A DNA stretch of 63,413 nucleotides, filler included. It is 4 parts of 4 records of this genome, joined end to end, with 100 filler letters (N's around TTAATTAATTAA, not from the genome) between each part and the next. Parts side by side here need not be neighbours in the genome. Positions count along the whole stretch, not along the records: positions 23,811 to 47,538 come from SRR20825019_1622; positions 47,639 to 56,606 come from SRR20825019_1629; 2 more parts are not named here. One strand, given 5' to 3'. Below, piece by piece: positions 41,437 through 52,812 of this stretch (position 1 is the stretch's first letter; the number at the start of each line of letters is the position of its first letter). Under the pieces are notes generated by a model. That model was not told the origin of the DNA. It did not search any database and worked only from the letters and a program-made list of their open reading frames with translations. The position numbers and the translations under genes were made by a program.

Positions 41437-44242
41437 CTAACCCTGCGGCCGCCGCATACGAGAACTGAGAGCCTCATCCAACTTCGATCCTGGATGCTAC
41501 AGGGAGGTCAGCAAAGCCTCCCGACTTCACAGCATTCACTAACCTTCTCACGCATAGCATCGCGATAGGAACTACCACGGAGCTCGACACCAATACTACC
41601 GTGGTTTTCGACCGAGTTTGGCCCATGGGAGACAACCTTCTTGATCGGCTCATCGACTGCACGTTTAGAATTAATGCCCATCACACTAGTTCAGCCATCA
41701 TTGGGACTCACGGTGGTCTACTTCTCCCAAGAGGTCAACAGGACACACAGTCCCTTCCATGATCTCATCTGCAAGCTTCAACAAGTCATATGCCATCTTC
41801 TGAGACACGACACTGTCTTGCTTGTAGTCTGCAGGAGCCCAATAAGAATTAGGTCACTAAGTCGGTTCGCTATCGTACCTGGGTGTTGCTGGCAGAAGCT
41901 ACGCATCCACTCGGCGGTAGTCTGCAGCTCACCCCTCGCACGAGCCTCGATGAAGTCAAGGTATGACTGCACAACGCGCAAGGTCTCCGAGTCACAGTCG
42001 ATCTCATCCAAGTATAGCCTGAAGGGATCATCAGACTGTGCAATGTGGTTCCCAAATATAGCACCGCATACCTGATGAGAGGATTCAGACCAGGATAACA
42101 CCGGCTCTTTCCGGAAATAATTTCAGAAATAGTCATCAGCTCATATGCTTCGGGGTCGTCAGGGTGGTGGAGGAATTCCTCATCGAGGTGGAGGTCGCAG
42201 TCCTCCTTTGTAATGTGCTTCCGGAAGTAAAACTTTTCAGTGTTCACTGCGTTGCGCTTGTGTGCCCGCTTCATGTTCTCATCCACCTGCAATCAAGTCA
42301 GCTGCGGCATGCGAGATCACATCTTGAATTCTAGTCACCTTAGTAATCGGAATATACAGATTGAGGTCAAATGTCAAAATGATACGAGTCATGAGAGCAA
42401 TAATCACGACAAAGGCAGCATTCTCAAAGTCAGTCAACTGAACCTCCATCGACCGGAACTCCACACGCCATCCAATCCTGTTAGAAGGTCAGTGAAAAGC
42501 CAGATAATATTCAACCGGGGCCCTACGTGGAATTCGGGGGCGGAAGCTTGAATCTAACGGTCTGCCAATTGGTGGACTGAATGTTCTCAAAGTGATCAGT
42601 ATCTGCTTCCTACTTCAGTATGATCCACCACGCCATTGCACATAGCCCTACCGTTCATGTCATCTTGATCCATGGTCTCATTATACATGACCAGAGGGTC
42701 TCGAATGAACAAATGAGAGATGTGCCGTGCGAGCTTCTCATCAATGCCGCGTTCCATTAGGCTCTTACAGTACTCTACAAAGGAGTCAGCAGGCATTTCT
42801 ACGAATAGTTCATGGCATACCTTCCGAATATACTAGCGGCAAGTCATTGTACTCCTCCTTGTAATTGTCGTGGTTTGATATATAGCAGTCGATGGAATCA
42901 TAACGGGACTTGTTGATAAGCCGTTCTCCCTCAGCCAGCGGGGCCTGTTCATTCCAGTCAGTACTTGATCCCTCCGTTGCTCGAGATCATGTCACCTCTC
43001 CAAGCTCGCCCTTTTTCCGGTCATCGACAGACCCTGCAATCACTCCCCAACGCACATCAGTGTCTGCCAAGTGCCCTCTCAATATAGGTGTGGCCGCAGT
43101 TAGTGCAAGCTAATCGATACGTCGTCAGCCATCACATCACGCGTGGATACGCACAACGTACGAAAATAGGAGACAGCACTGAAAGTTGGTCGTAAAGATG
43201 CCGCGCCTCTTCAATGTCGCGGGCCTGGAAAGTGACTTGCAGGCAGGCACAGCCCATCCCGAATGCCATGCAATCCATGTCGATCGTGTTTGGCGGCACG
43301 TCGTCCGGTTGGCCCGGGATTCTTTCGGGTGTGTTCTTGTCCTTGAAACTGCACAGGCCGTTAGATTCCTCCCCGACACTTTCGTATTCCACTGACATGG
43401 GAACCTGCATGGACACCTTCCTTCCACGGCGCTTGCGGATATTTGCAGTGAGTGTGCTGAACCGCGGGTGGGGGCTGATCACCTCATCGGGAATATACAA
43501 GGACTGGGCTACATCTCCCGTCGGCAGATTCCCTACCCAAAAAAGCTCAGTCAGCATACCAAGGCACACCGACTGCCTCAAAATACATACAATTGATATC
43601 AGGAATGGTTTCCATCTCTGCAAACTGTCCCACACCCATAAGCGGAAACGAGGTTATAGCGATCATGGACTCATCGTCCTTCAACAACCTACGAACAGTT
43701 GACCTCCGATACTGCACTGTGTTCAGAACACACAAATGTTGTTGGGGAGGGAGAAGCCGTACCTTCATGTTCGACTGAACCACGCGAAGGTCTGACGTAT
43801 AGCGGCCATAGGGTCTGCCCGGAGTTCCCTCCAACATGAACTTGCCATATTCCGGCCTCCACAGGGTCTTCACGCTAGGTGACAGTCAGTGCCTCAGTGC
43901 TGTAATACCAACCAGGCATAAGGGTACCTCTCAGGCGACTCCTCCTCCTCCTTCATCAACTCAACCAAAAGTTCAGCACCACGTAGATTCAGCAAGGCAC
44001 GCTCTGCAGCGTCATTATACTTGACAAGACAGAACTCAATCTGGTGTGGCTTCAGTCACCTAGCATAAGCCATGCAGCGACGGGCAACCCACCTCATCAC
44101 CCCAATAGAGCAAGTCGTTCTTTCTCTCCTTTAGCTGGTTGTATTGATTCACAAACTGGTCGAGCCCGTGCTTACGTACGTGCTCAACCCACTTTTCTGC
44201 ATCCTCCCAGGCAAGAGGGGTTCCATTTGTAAGCAGCCCCAT
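41437..44242 (-). CDS. GCLC: Glutamate-cysteine ligase catalytic subunit (animal/fungal type, many introns)
   Basis: [43 protein letters not shown] and [16 protein letters not shown]. The 3' exon boundary is approximate. Confidence 0.92.
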
Positions 44243-45002
44243 GTCGACCAGCCTAAGAATTTACTTTAGTCACCCCTCACTAATATATTGTTGATCAAGC
44301 GGATTGTGCAGCCGTCTTCAAAAGCACGTTATCCCGGAACGAAGAGCACGCTTGCATGTGTTCCAGCCCCCATCGTTGGTCGAAGCCAAGGTTCTTGTCA
44401 CTAAGGCCCATGTGCTACGACCACGCACCTGCCGTCCAATCGTGGGTTGGGTCGTCTGCCTAACCTCAGGGCCACCGACTGCGAGCGGGCGGACGCCCCT
44501 TCGCAACTGCTGGAACTCCTCAGTGGTCGCACAAACACGGGTGGCGGCGATAGTCGCGAGCTCACTGTGAAGAGCGGTTAGGGCCGCGCCTGGTACCGGG
44601 GGGCGCCGAAGGGGCTGGAACTTCTTGTCGGACGGAGTGGCGACGCAGTTCCGGCCCGGCATGGGGACCACTCACAAGCATGCTTGCCGGGGGGGTGCGC
44701 GGGGTAACCCGAAAAACACTGTGTGGCCTGATGCTGAACACCGTGACGAACCATGCCTTCCCTGGGCACCGACCGAAAATAGCGCGCCGGTTCCGAATCA
44801 GTCAATGCCGGTGACGCTCCACCGCACGGCCGGCTCCGTCTGTCTCGGCCTGGTGACCGGACTAGCAGTGTCGCGGATTTTTCTCGTGGTGATAAATCCG
44901 GCTCATTGTTGATCAGTCCGGGCAAGGCCGGCACGTCAAGCCCGGCGGCTCCACGCTTCCCGAAATTATTAGACTCCAAACACGACTCCAAATCAATATT
45001 CT

Positions 45003-47538
45003 TTATCGACGTTGGTTGTGATTCTGCAACAGTGTCAACAGTTGGTTTGCAATGTTCGGGTTCGCCAGAAGGTTTGCAGCGGCTCCAGGGTTCGCGCCAG
45101 GAGCTGGGTTCGCCGCGGGGGGAGGGCCTTGCTGAGGCGGGAACATCGCAGGGGGCGCACCCATGGGAGGCGGCTGGTTCATATGGGGTGGTGACATGCC
45201 TGGGGCGCCCATACCCATCGTGGCCATAGGCATTGGTGGATAGCCACCAACAGGAGGAGGCCCTCCCGGGCCGGGCGGAGGGTGCGAATCGTATCGAGGT
45301 TCATATCCCCCTTGCGGTGGTCCCCACCTATCCCTGCGGTCATCCATGCGCTCGGGCCCCCGGTGATCCATCGGTGGGCCGCGGGGATCGTAGTCACGGC
45401 CATATCCTCCACCGGGGGCGGGCGCGGCGGGCACCACCACAGCAACAAGACAGTTGGTGTAAGCAATCTCCATAGTATCAGCGGCGCGGTCATCGGGAGG
45501 CAGCAGATATACGGTGAAGTCTCTTGTGTAGCAGCAGCCGGCGCGGTTTCTTTCCTTAAGATACTGGATGACCTCGCTGTAGCCACGCTCGTCATGCGGG
45601 GAGGCAGGGGCAAGCTCGATGATACACGCTGCTCTCATGTGTTCCCGCCGTTCAAAGAAAGACGCAATGTCAATGCGCTGGGTCATATCAAAGAGAGTAT
45701 CCAAGTATCTGGGAACCTCACCGCGGATCCTGAAGCCGTCAATGTTGCTGCGCACCTCTCCCTTCTGTAGCGCTCCCCGGAACACACACACGGATCGATC
45801 CACACGGCTGATGTTACGTCCGAGAGGGGGGGACGCAGGCCCCGAGTCGTACCTGCCGCGCTTGCGGGATCGCTCGTATCCATCATCCCTTGCGGGGCGC
45901 TTTCTGTTGTTGGGGTCACCTTTGGAAGAATATTCGATCTTGATGTGGTCGTTAAATGCTCTAAACCTTCTCGAACCATCCTGGTCATTGTAGTAGAACT
46001 CATCGACGATAGCTTCGCACTCTTCGATACAGCTCATCGTAACAAACGCATAAGGCCGATCAGGGAGTGTTCTGAGGATTCCAATCAGAGGAGGGCAACG
46101 TTGTGAACATTGGGCACTCACTTGCACTCGACAACACGACCAAAGTGGGTAAAGATTCGGTGGATGTCCGCCTGAATCTGTTTCTCGTCGGTTTGACCCT
46201 GAGAGTAGCGCTGGAATTGGACCCACAAAGTATCTTACAAAGATGACGTTATTCGTCGAAAATTGCTCCTCACAGTTGCACACTTACCCGTGGGCTTGCC
46301 GACTCCCTTGGGTTTTCCTCCGGAATCTTGGGACACGAGGTTCTTCTCCTTTGCTTGTACTTCAATCTTCAGGGTGGCATTGCCGAGGCGGGCCCCATTC
46401 ATTGTACGGATGGCCAAGGATGCATCCTCTGGGTGGCGATAGTCTACAAACATACAGCTCGACTGTCTCCTGACACGGAGATCGTCAACAGGACCGAACC
46501 GGCTGTGGTGAAGGTCAGACCACCAGTGCGCAATTCATCATGGAACTGACCTGAATTCACGATACAAGTAATCATCGGAGAGGTCGGTTGTGATACCGCC
46601 CACCCACAAAGACCTGGCGCGCACAGGGGCATCGCCGCCACCGCGAGAGGAGTCCCGGCCTCCCTTACTGAACCCAGGGCCCGGAACAATACCAGCCACC
46701 TCCTTCGTGGGCGGGCGGCCATACTCGAGGTAGCACACCTTCGGGCCGAGCTTGCGACCATCCAGCGCTAGCATGGCTGATGTTGCTTCCTCCACGCGCA
46801 AGAAGTTGACGAAGGCGTAATTGAGAATCTGGTTGTTCTTAGTCCGGACATCACGGAAGAGCTACAAGGAATATGAGTGGTGTAGGCAGTGCGGCAACAT
46901 ATCCACACACCTTGATGGTTTCGATTACGCCATATCGCGCAAAGTGCTGCTCGATCATGCGCTCATCTACAGACGGATCTAGGTCTTTGAGGTGGAGTGT
47001 ACGAGAAGCATCGGCAACCCGAGCGGCACCTCGCTTTTCGTTGCGGTCCGGTTTCTGTTCGTTTCGGCCACGATCGCCGCCTTTTCCGTCTAGGCGTCTA
47101 GTTTCCGACTTGCCAAACTCTATTTCAATTTCGCGGCCATTGATTGACCGGCCCTGCATGCTTCCCTGTGTGGTGGAGTGAGAAAGTGTCTGGGTTTCAA
47201 AACTAAGGAGGGACAAGACATTCAAACGTAAGTGCCCAAGAGGGCAAGCGAAATCAATAATGGAAGGTACATCGTTGCTTTGTAGAAGGATAGTGAAATT
47301 ACCTTTGCAAGTACTGCGGCATCGAGCTCCTTGAAAGTGACAAAACCATACGCCGTCTGGATGTTGGCCCCGTTTGGCTTCATAACCTTGATACCCTCAA
47401 TTTCTCCAAATACTCCAAACTCCCTCTCCAGAACTCCTTCGTTGGTGGCGAGGGCAAGGCCCCTCACAAACAAGGTACGGCACTGTCTCTCGTTGGGGTT
47501 GGCTCGGGCGGGTGCACCAGCGCCATCGTGCTGCTGCT
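45003..47538 (-). CDS. Spen-family RRM + SPOC domain RNA-binding protein (FPA/RBM15-like), 5' truncated
   Basis: About four RRMs (LFVRGL/AYGFVTF, LHLKDL/YAFVNF, LWVGGI/MFVDY, FVGPIP/YAFVTM); SPOC-like YLKERNRAG..VYLLPP; Pro-rich tail. Confidence 0.8.
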
Positions 47539-47638
47539 NNNNNNNNNNNNNNNNNNNNNNNNNNNNNNNNNNNNNNNNNNNNTTAATTAATTAANNNNNN
47601 NNNNNNNNNNNNNNNNNNNNNNNNNNNNNNNNNNNNNN
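47539..47638. other. Artificial contig linker
   Basis: N44-TTAATTAATTAA-N44. Confidence 0.98.
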
Positions 47639-47674
47639 ATCGCGGATTTGCAATCCGTGATGCTCTTAAACAAA

Positions 47675-48220
47675 CTATTGCCCAATGTATTTTTGGTAAT
47701 CAATAAAACTTTGATTGACAATTTCTCGAGCTTCAGCTGCACCTTTAAAATCAGCAACAACAACCGACTTGTTTTCCAACTTTTTATAGTCTTCGAAGAA
47801 GTTTCGCAGTTCCCGAAAGAAGTGCTCAGGTAATTCGTTGATATCGTTGATGTGGTTGACACTCATATCGTGCTCCGCCACAGCGATTATTTTATCGTCC
47901 ATTTCACCGCCATCTATCATCTGCATAACCCCAATTACTTTTGCAGATACTATGCAGAGTGGGACAAGTGTAACTTGAGAAAGTACAAGAATGTCCAGTG
48001 GATCATTGTCGTCGCAGTAAGTTTTTGGAATGAATCCGTAATTGGCAGGGTAGTACATGGAAGAAAAGAGAACGCGGTCCATTTTAAGGAGACCAGAATC
48101 TTTGTCTAATTCATATTTTGCACGCGTGTTTTTTGGAATTTCAATGATTCCATTTACGACGTCAGGTGCATTTTTTCCAGCATCTACTCCATGCCAAGGA
48201 TTTCTTTTGTCTATATTCAT
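47675..48220 (-). CDS. ppa: Inorganic pyrophosphatase (family I)
   Basis: [22 protein letters not shown] and DDKIIAV. Confidence 0.95.
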   Translation of the reverse strand: MNIDKRNPWHGVDAGKNAPDVVNGIIEIPKNTRAKYELDKDSGLLKMDRVLFSSMYYPANYGFIPKTYCDDNDPLDILVLSQVTLVPLCIVSAKVIGVMQMIDGGEMDDKIIAVAEHDMSVNHINDINELPEHFFRELRNFFEDYKKLENKSVVVADFKGAAEAREIVNQSFIDYQKYIGQ

Positions 48221-48251
48221 GCTAATTAATATGGGGGAACTTATCTTTTAA

Positions 48252-50792
48252 TTATTCAATTCCTTTACTTGAGAGGAATTCATTCACACTCATTTCATCC
48301 GAAAACAAGACTTCTCGTGCCTTACTTCCTCTGAATGGGCCAATGATTCCGTATGCTTCTAATTGATCCACAATACGTCCAGCGCGGTTGTATCCGAGTT
48401 TTAGCTTGCGTTGCAATAAACTCGCGGAACCTTGTTGGTGAACTGTTACAATTCTGGCTGCCTCCCCGAAAAGTACATCGAGATCTTCGTCGTCCATGTT
48501 TCCACCATTTTCAGAAGCTTCTCCAATATATTCTGGAAGTAAAAGTGCATCTGGGTATCCTCGTTGATCACCAATAAAGTCACAAATCGCTTCAACTTCG
48601 GGCGTATCTACGAAACCACATTGCAAACGCACGATGTCTGAGCCTGTGCTAATCAACATGTCACCTCGACCGATTAATTGATCTGCTCCTGATCCATCGA
48701 GGATAGTTCGAGAATCAATTTTGGAAAGTACACGGAAGGCAATTCTTGCAGGGAAGTTGGCTTTGATCATTCCTGTAATTACGTTTACAGAAGGACGTTG
48801 TGTAGCTACAATCAAGTGAATTCCAATTGCACGTGCTAACTGAGCAATTCGGGCAATAGGATGTTCAACTTCTTTTCCGGCAGTCATAATTAAGTCGGCA
48901 AACTCATCAATAAGTACTACGATATATGGTAAATAATGATGTCCATTTTCTGGATTCAGTTTTCTTGCGATGAACTTCACATTGTATTCCTTAATCGTTC
49001 TACATTGCGCTAATTTCAGCAGCTCGTAGCGATCATCCATTTCAATACAGAGCGAATTCAAGGTATTAACGACCTTACTCGTGTCGGTAATAATTGCTTC
49101 TTCTTCGCCTGGTAGTTTTGCCAAGAAATGGCGCTCAATTTTATTGTAAAGCGTTAACTCAACTTTTTTTGGATCGACAAGTACAAATTTGACTTGTGCA
49201 GGATGTTTTTTGTAGAGAATAGAGACAAGAATGGCATTCAAACCAACCGATTTCCCTTGTCCAGTTGCACCAGCCACCAACAAGTGAGGCATTTTAGTTA
49301 AATCGAACGTATACGTTTCGTTGGTAATTGTTTTCCCCATCACTACAGGAAGTTCGTAATCCGTTTCTTGAAACTTCTTCGAAGCGATTAACGAGCGCAT
49401 GCTTACCATTTCTGGTTTGCTATTCGGTACTTCAATCCCTATGGTTCCTTTCCCTGGAATAGGAGCAATAATTCTAATTCCTAAAGCTGATAAACTCAAG
49501 GCGATATCGTCTTCAAGGTTTTTGATTTTCGAGATTCGAACTCCTGGCGCTGGAACAATTTCATATAGAGTGACTGTTGGCCCGATCGTTGCCATGATCT
49601 TCGAAATCTCAATCTTGTAATTCTGAAGCGTTTCTACAATTTTATTTTTATTCTTCTCTAATTCCGCCTTATCGACCGAAATAGTTTTACTTACACCGTA
49701 ATCTGCGAGTAAATCGATGGATGGCAAGGCGTAAGAAGCGAGATCTAATTTCGGATCATATTCACCGAACTCTGTGACTTTGCGATCTACTTCGTCCTCC
49801 GAAAGAACTTCATCTTCTTTAGAAACTTCAACAGAGAAAGAATCATCTTCCGAACTAAACGACTCATCAATTAATTCGGACGTCTTCTCAAAATCAATCG
49901 TTGAGACTTCTGGGGCTTTATCTTTTTTGGAAACAACATAATCTACGTTGTCGTCTTCATCGTCTTCGTCCTCGTCAAACAAAATCGTTTCAGGATCGGG
50001 GTCCTTCTCAATTTGATCCTTCGAAAGTTTGTTGGCAACGTTTAAATCATTTTCACTTTTAATGTCGCCTAATTTATCTTCTTCTATTATTTCTGAGGTT
50101 TCTTTGTTTCCTTGGAGTCGATCCCAAATCTTCATTAAATTCAGGTCAAAGGCAATCAATCCAAAAATATATCCGAGTGCCAAAATAGCCACTAGCGTAC
50201 CGAATCCTCCAAGTGTCAGAGATAGCCATTCGTTGACTTGATAGCCAACAGTTCCTCCCAGATAGTTAATGGTAGATGAGAAATATCCGAGGAAAAGACT
50301 TGTCCATACTGTAAAGAGAGCCACAACCATAATTCCTTTACGAATAGGGAAGATGGCAAAGTTCAATAAAAGTTTAATTCCGATTCCAAACATGAGGACA
50401 GGAATAGCAATACTTGCAAAACCAAACCAGCGATAGACCATGAGGTGCGAGATCCATGCCCCAAACTTCCCGAGCCAATTGGCAACAGGTTCTTCATTTC
50501 CGTCAAAGATGAATTGAAAGAGACCAACTCCGATCACACGATTTTGATCTTCTTTCCAAGTGAGAAGGTAGGAGAAAATAGATAGAAACAGAAAAACAGC
50601 CATGAGCGAAATACTCACACCTGTAATGGATTTCACTTTTTTCTTGTTAAATCGATCCCTTAATAGCTGGAGTGTTGGCTTACTGTTGTTGGTTGCGCTC
50701 TTCTTTTTAGGTGCGCGCGTTTTTTTTGCAGTTGATTTTGCAGTCGTTTTACCACTATTTTTATTTCCTTTCTCTACAAATTCGTTTTCCAT
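48252..50792 (-). CDS. ftsK: DNA translocase FtsK
   Basis: N-terminal TMs, PHLLVAGATGQGKS, DEFADL, ATQRPS and gamma domain LQRKLKLGYNRAGR. Confidence 0.95.
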   Translation of the reverse strand: MENEFVEKGNKNSGKTTAKSTAKKTRAPKKKSATNNSKPTLQLLRDRFNKKKVKSITGVSISLMAVFLFLSIFSYLLTWKEDQNRVIGVGLFQFIFDGNEEPVANWLGKFGAWISHLMVYRWFGFASIAIPVLMFGIGIKLLLNFAIFPIRKGIMVVALFTVWTSLFLGYFSSTINYLGGTVGYQVNEWLSLTLGGFGTLVAILALGYIFGLIAFDLNLMKIWDRLQGNKETSEIIEEDKLGDIKSENDLNVANKLSKDQIEKDPDPETILFDEDEDDEDDNVDYVVSKKDKAPEVSTIDFEKTSELIDESFSSEDDSFSVEVSKEDEVLSEDEVDRKVTEFGEYDPKLDLASYALPSIDLLADYGVSKTISVDKAELEKNKNKIVETLQNYKIEISKIMATIGPTVTLYEIVPAPGVRISKIKNLEDDIALSLSALGIRIIAPIPGKGTIGIEVPNSKPEMVSMRSLIASKKFQETDYELPVVMGKTITNETYTFDLTKMPHLLVAGATGQGKSVGLNAILVSILYKKHPAQVKFVLVDPKKVELTLYNKIERHFLAKLPGEEEAIITDTSKVVNTLNSLCIEMDDRYELLKLAQCRTIKEYNVKFIARKLNPENGHHYLPYIVVLIDEFADLIMTAGKEVEHPIARIAQLARAIGIHLIVATQRPSVNVITGMIKANFPARIAFRVLSKIDSRTILDGSGADQLIGRGDMLISTGSDIVRLQCGFVDTPEVEAICDFIGDQRGYPDALLLPEYIGEASENGGNMDDEDLDVLFGEAARIVTVHQQGSASLLQRKLKLGYNRAGRIVDQLEAYGIIGPFRGSKAREVLFSDEMSVNEFLSSKGIE

Positions 50793-50916
50793 CTTGCTAC
50801 CCTATCGTACGAAGATAATCAGGAAAAGCCGAGGAAAAATGAGACTTTCATCGAACTATACACACCATGCTGTTAGTTAAATACGGTTCCAGACTAATTC
50901 GCGCTCAATCCTTAAA

Positions 50917-51618
50917 TTACTTCTCTTCTTTTGGCATAGGAATCGTTTCCATTTCGTTCATCTTTGATTCAACCATTTTGTCCATGAATTCTTCAAAACC
51001 AATTTTTTCATAGTCGGTTGGGATTCCGAAAAGATCACTGTTTGGTGCATATTCACTGATTTTTACCATTTCATAGTTAAAATTGGCATCTGCTGTTGCA
51101 ACCGTATATTTCACTGGAAGTCCATCAACTTCATCGAACGCATCTATAATTTTCGAAGAGTACCCTTTGAGATAGAGCATTTCCGTTGGGTTTTCAAAAT
51201 ACTCGTGAGAAACTTCTAGGCGATTTGCTTTTCGGCCGAGGATTTTTGTTTTCCATCGTTTCTTTTCGAACGTATATTTGGAAGGTTGGTTCGCTTTTGC
51301 GGAGTCAATTTCGTTGTGGTCAGCGCGAATGGCATATTTTCCAAATGGAGTTTCCACTAAAAGGTATGATTTATTTAAAACCATGTGTCGAATAGTGACT
51401 TGTTTACCCAAATGTTGCGTGAAATTCTCGATTCTCACAATCGTATCGTTACAGTACACAATCATTCTATTTTCAGGAACTAAATGTGATAGACTGGTAT
51501 CAGCAACGGTGATTTTGTACTCTATCATCCCTGTAAACGACTTTTTTTTCTGCGCACTGGCTGAAAAACAGAAAGTAAAAAGGAAAAATACTATTGCAAT
51601 ATTATTGAATTGTTTCAT
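50917..51618 (-). CDS. Secreted hypothetical protein (GLPGLI/DUF4412-like)
   Basis: Signal peptide; F.G.IEY, KILG, GLPVKY and F.IP.DY pattern. Confidence 0.55.
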   Translation of the reverse strand: MKQFNNIAIVFFLFTFCFSASAQKKKSFTGMIEYKITVADTSLSHLVPENRMIVYCNDTIVRIENFTQHLGKQVTIRHMVLNKSYLLVETPFGKYAIRADHNEIDSAKANQPSKYTFEKKRWKTKILGRKANRLEVSHEYFENPTEMLYLKGYSSKIIDAFDEVDGLPVKYTVATADANFNYEMVKISEYAPNSDLFGIPTDYEKIGFEEFMDKMVESKMNEMETIPMPKEEK

Positions 51619-51851
51619 AGATCTGGATTCTCAAGATATTAACGCTAATCGGTACGAAAAGTTACCCGAAAGTACAAATTGAATTGGTAAACAAGCCGTT
51701 CTACTTTTCTTAAAAATGAGGATTAAGAGCTTAAAAACGAATCTAAAAGCGATAATATTTAAGCTTTCGACTGTTTTCGTTGAAAACTAACTGATATAAC
51801 TACGCTTTTCTAGTGGTGTCTTTTGTTAAATTTGCCTCGAATCATTCACTT

Positions 51852-52811
51852 ATGAAACGAGACATTCACATTATTATCAATAAATCGGAGATCACCGCTG
51901 GAACTAGAGGTGGATCTTTGGGGCCTGAGGCTGTAATGACTGCAGCCAGGAACAAGGGGAGTATGCTTTTTGGAGATTATCCAATTGAGTACCTCCCGCA
52001 CATGAATCACCTCATGGATCGTCCGATTAAATATCCTTATGCAAAGAGAATAGAAGGATTAGTTCAGGTTTTTTCGACGATTTCGGAGAGTGTCAAGCAA
52101 CATTTGGAACAAAATCAATTTCCGTTGGTTTTAGCTTCTGATCATGGTTCCGCTGGTGGAACAATCGCTGGAATTTGTGCAGCATATCCAGAAAAACGTT
52201 TGGGAGTAATTTGGATCGACGCACACGGAGATTTACATACACCTTATACGACACCTTCTGGCAATATGCACGGAATGCCACTTGCGACAGCGCTTTCTGA
52301 GGATAATAGGGATTGTGAGATTAATGATTTGCACCCCGATGTATCCTCACTTTGGGACAAATTAAAGAATACAGGAATCGCGAAGCAAAAAATACAACCA
52401 GAGGATTTGGTGTTTATAGCAGTGAGAGACACAGAACCTGAGGAAGATGCGATTATTGAACGATTGAATATTAAGAACCATACGGTTGATGAAATTAGAA
52501 CAAAGGGAATAGAATCGATCATGAAAGAGGTCATTGAACAATTATCTGATTGTGATATGATTTATGTTTCATTTGATGTAGATTCGATGGACCCTGAGTT
52601 TACGTCTCATGGCACAGGAACTCCTGTTGATCATGGACTTACCCCAGAGGAGGCGCGCTACTTCTTGGAGCAGTTAGCTAAAAATGAAAAGACCGTCTGT
52701 ATGGAATTCGTAGAAGTGAATCCATGTCTCGACGAAAAAATAAATACAATGGCAGAGGTTACTTTTGACCTCTTTGAAGCCACAATAAATAGTTTAGGAA
52801 CAAATAAATAG
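51852..52811 (+). CDS. rocF: Arginase
   Basis: SDHG, WIDAHGDLHTP, SGNMHGMP, SFDVDSMDP and GTGTP. Confidence 0.92.
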   Translation: MKRDIHIIINKSEITAGTRGGSLGPEAVMTAARNKGSMLFGDYPIEYLPHMNHLMDRPIKYPYAKRIEGLVQVFSTISESVKQHLEQNQFPLVLASDHGSAGGTIAGICAAYPEKRLGVIWIDAHGDLHTPYTTPSGNMHGMPLATALSEDNRDCEINDLHPDVSSLWDKLKNTGIAKQKIQPEDLVFIAVRDTEPEEDAIIERLNIKNHTVDEIRTKGIESIMKEVIEQLSDCDMIYVSFDVDSMDPEFTSHGTGTPVDHGLTPEEARYFLEQLAKNEKTVCMEFVEVNPCLDEKINTMAEVTFDLFEATINSLGTNK

Positions 52812-52812
52812 A

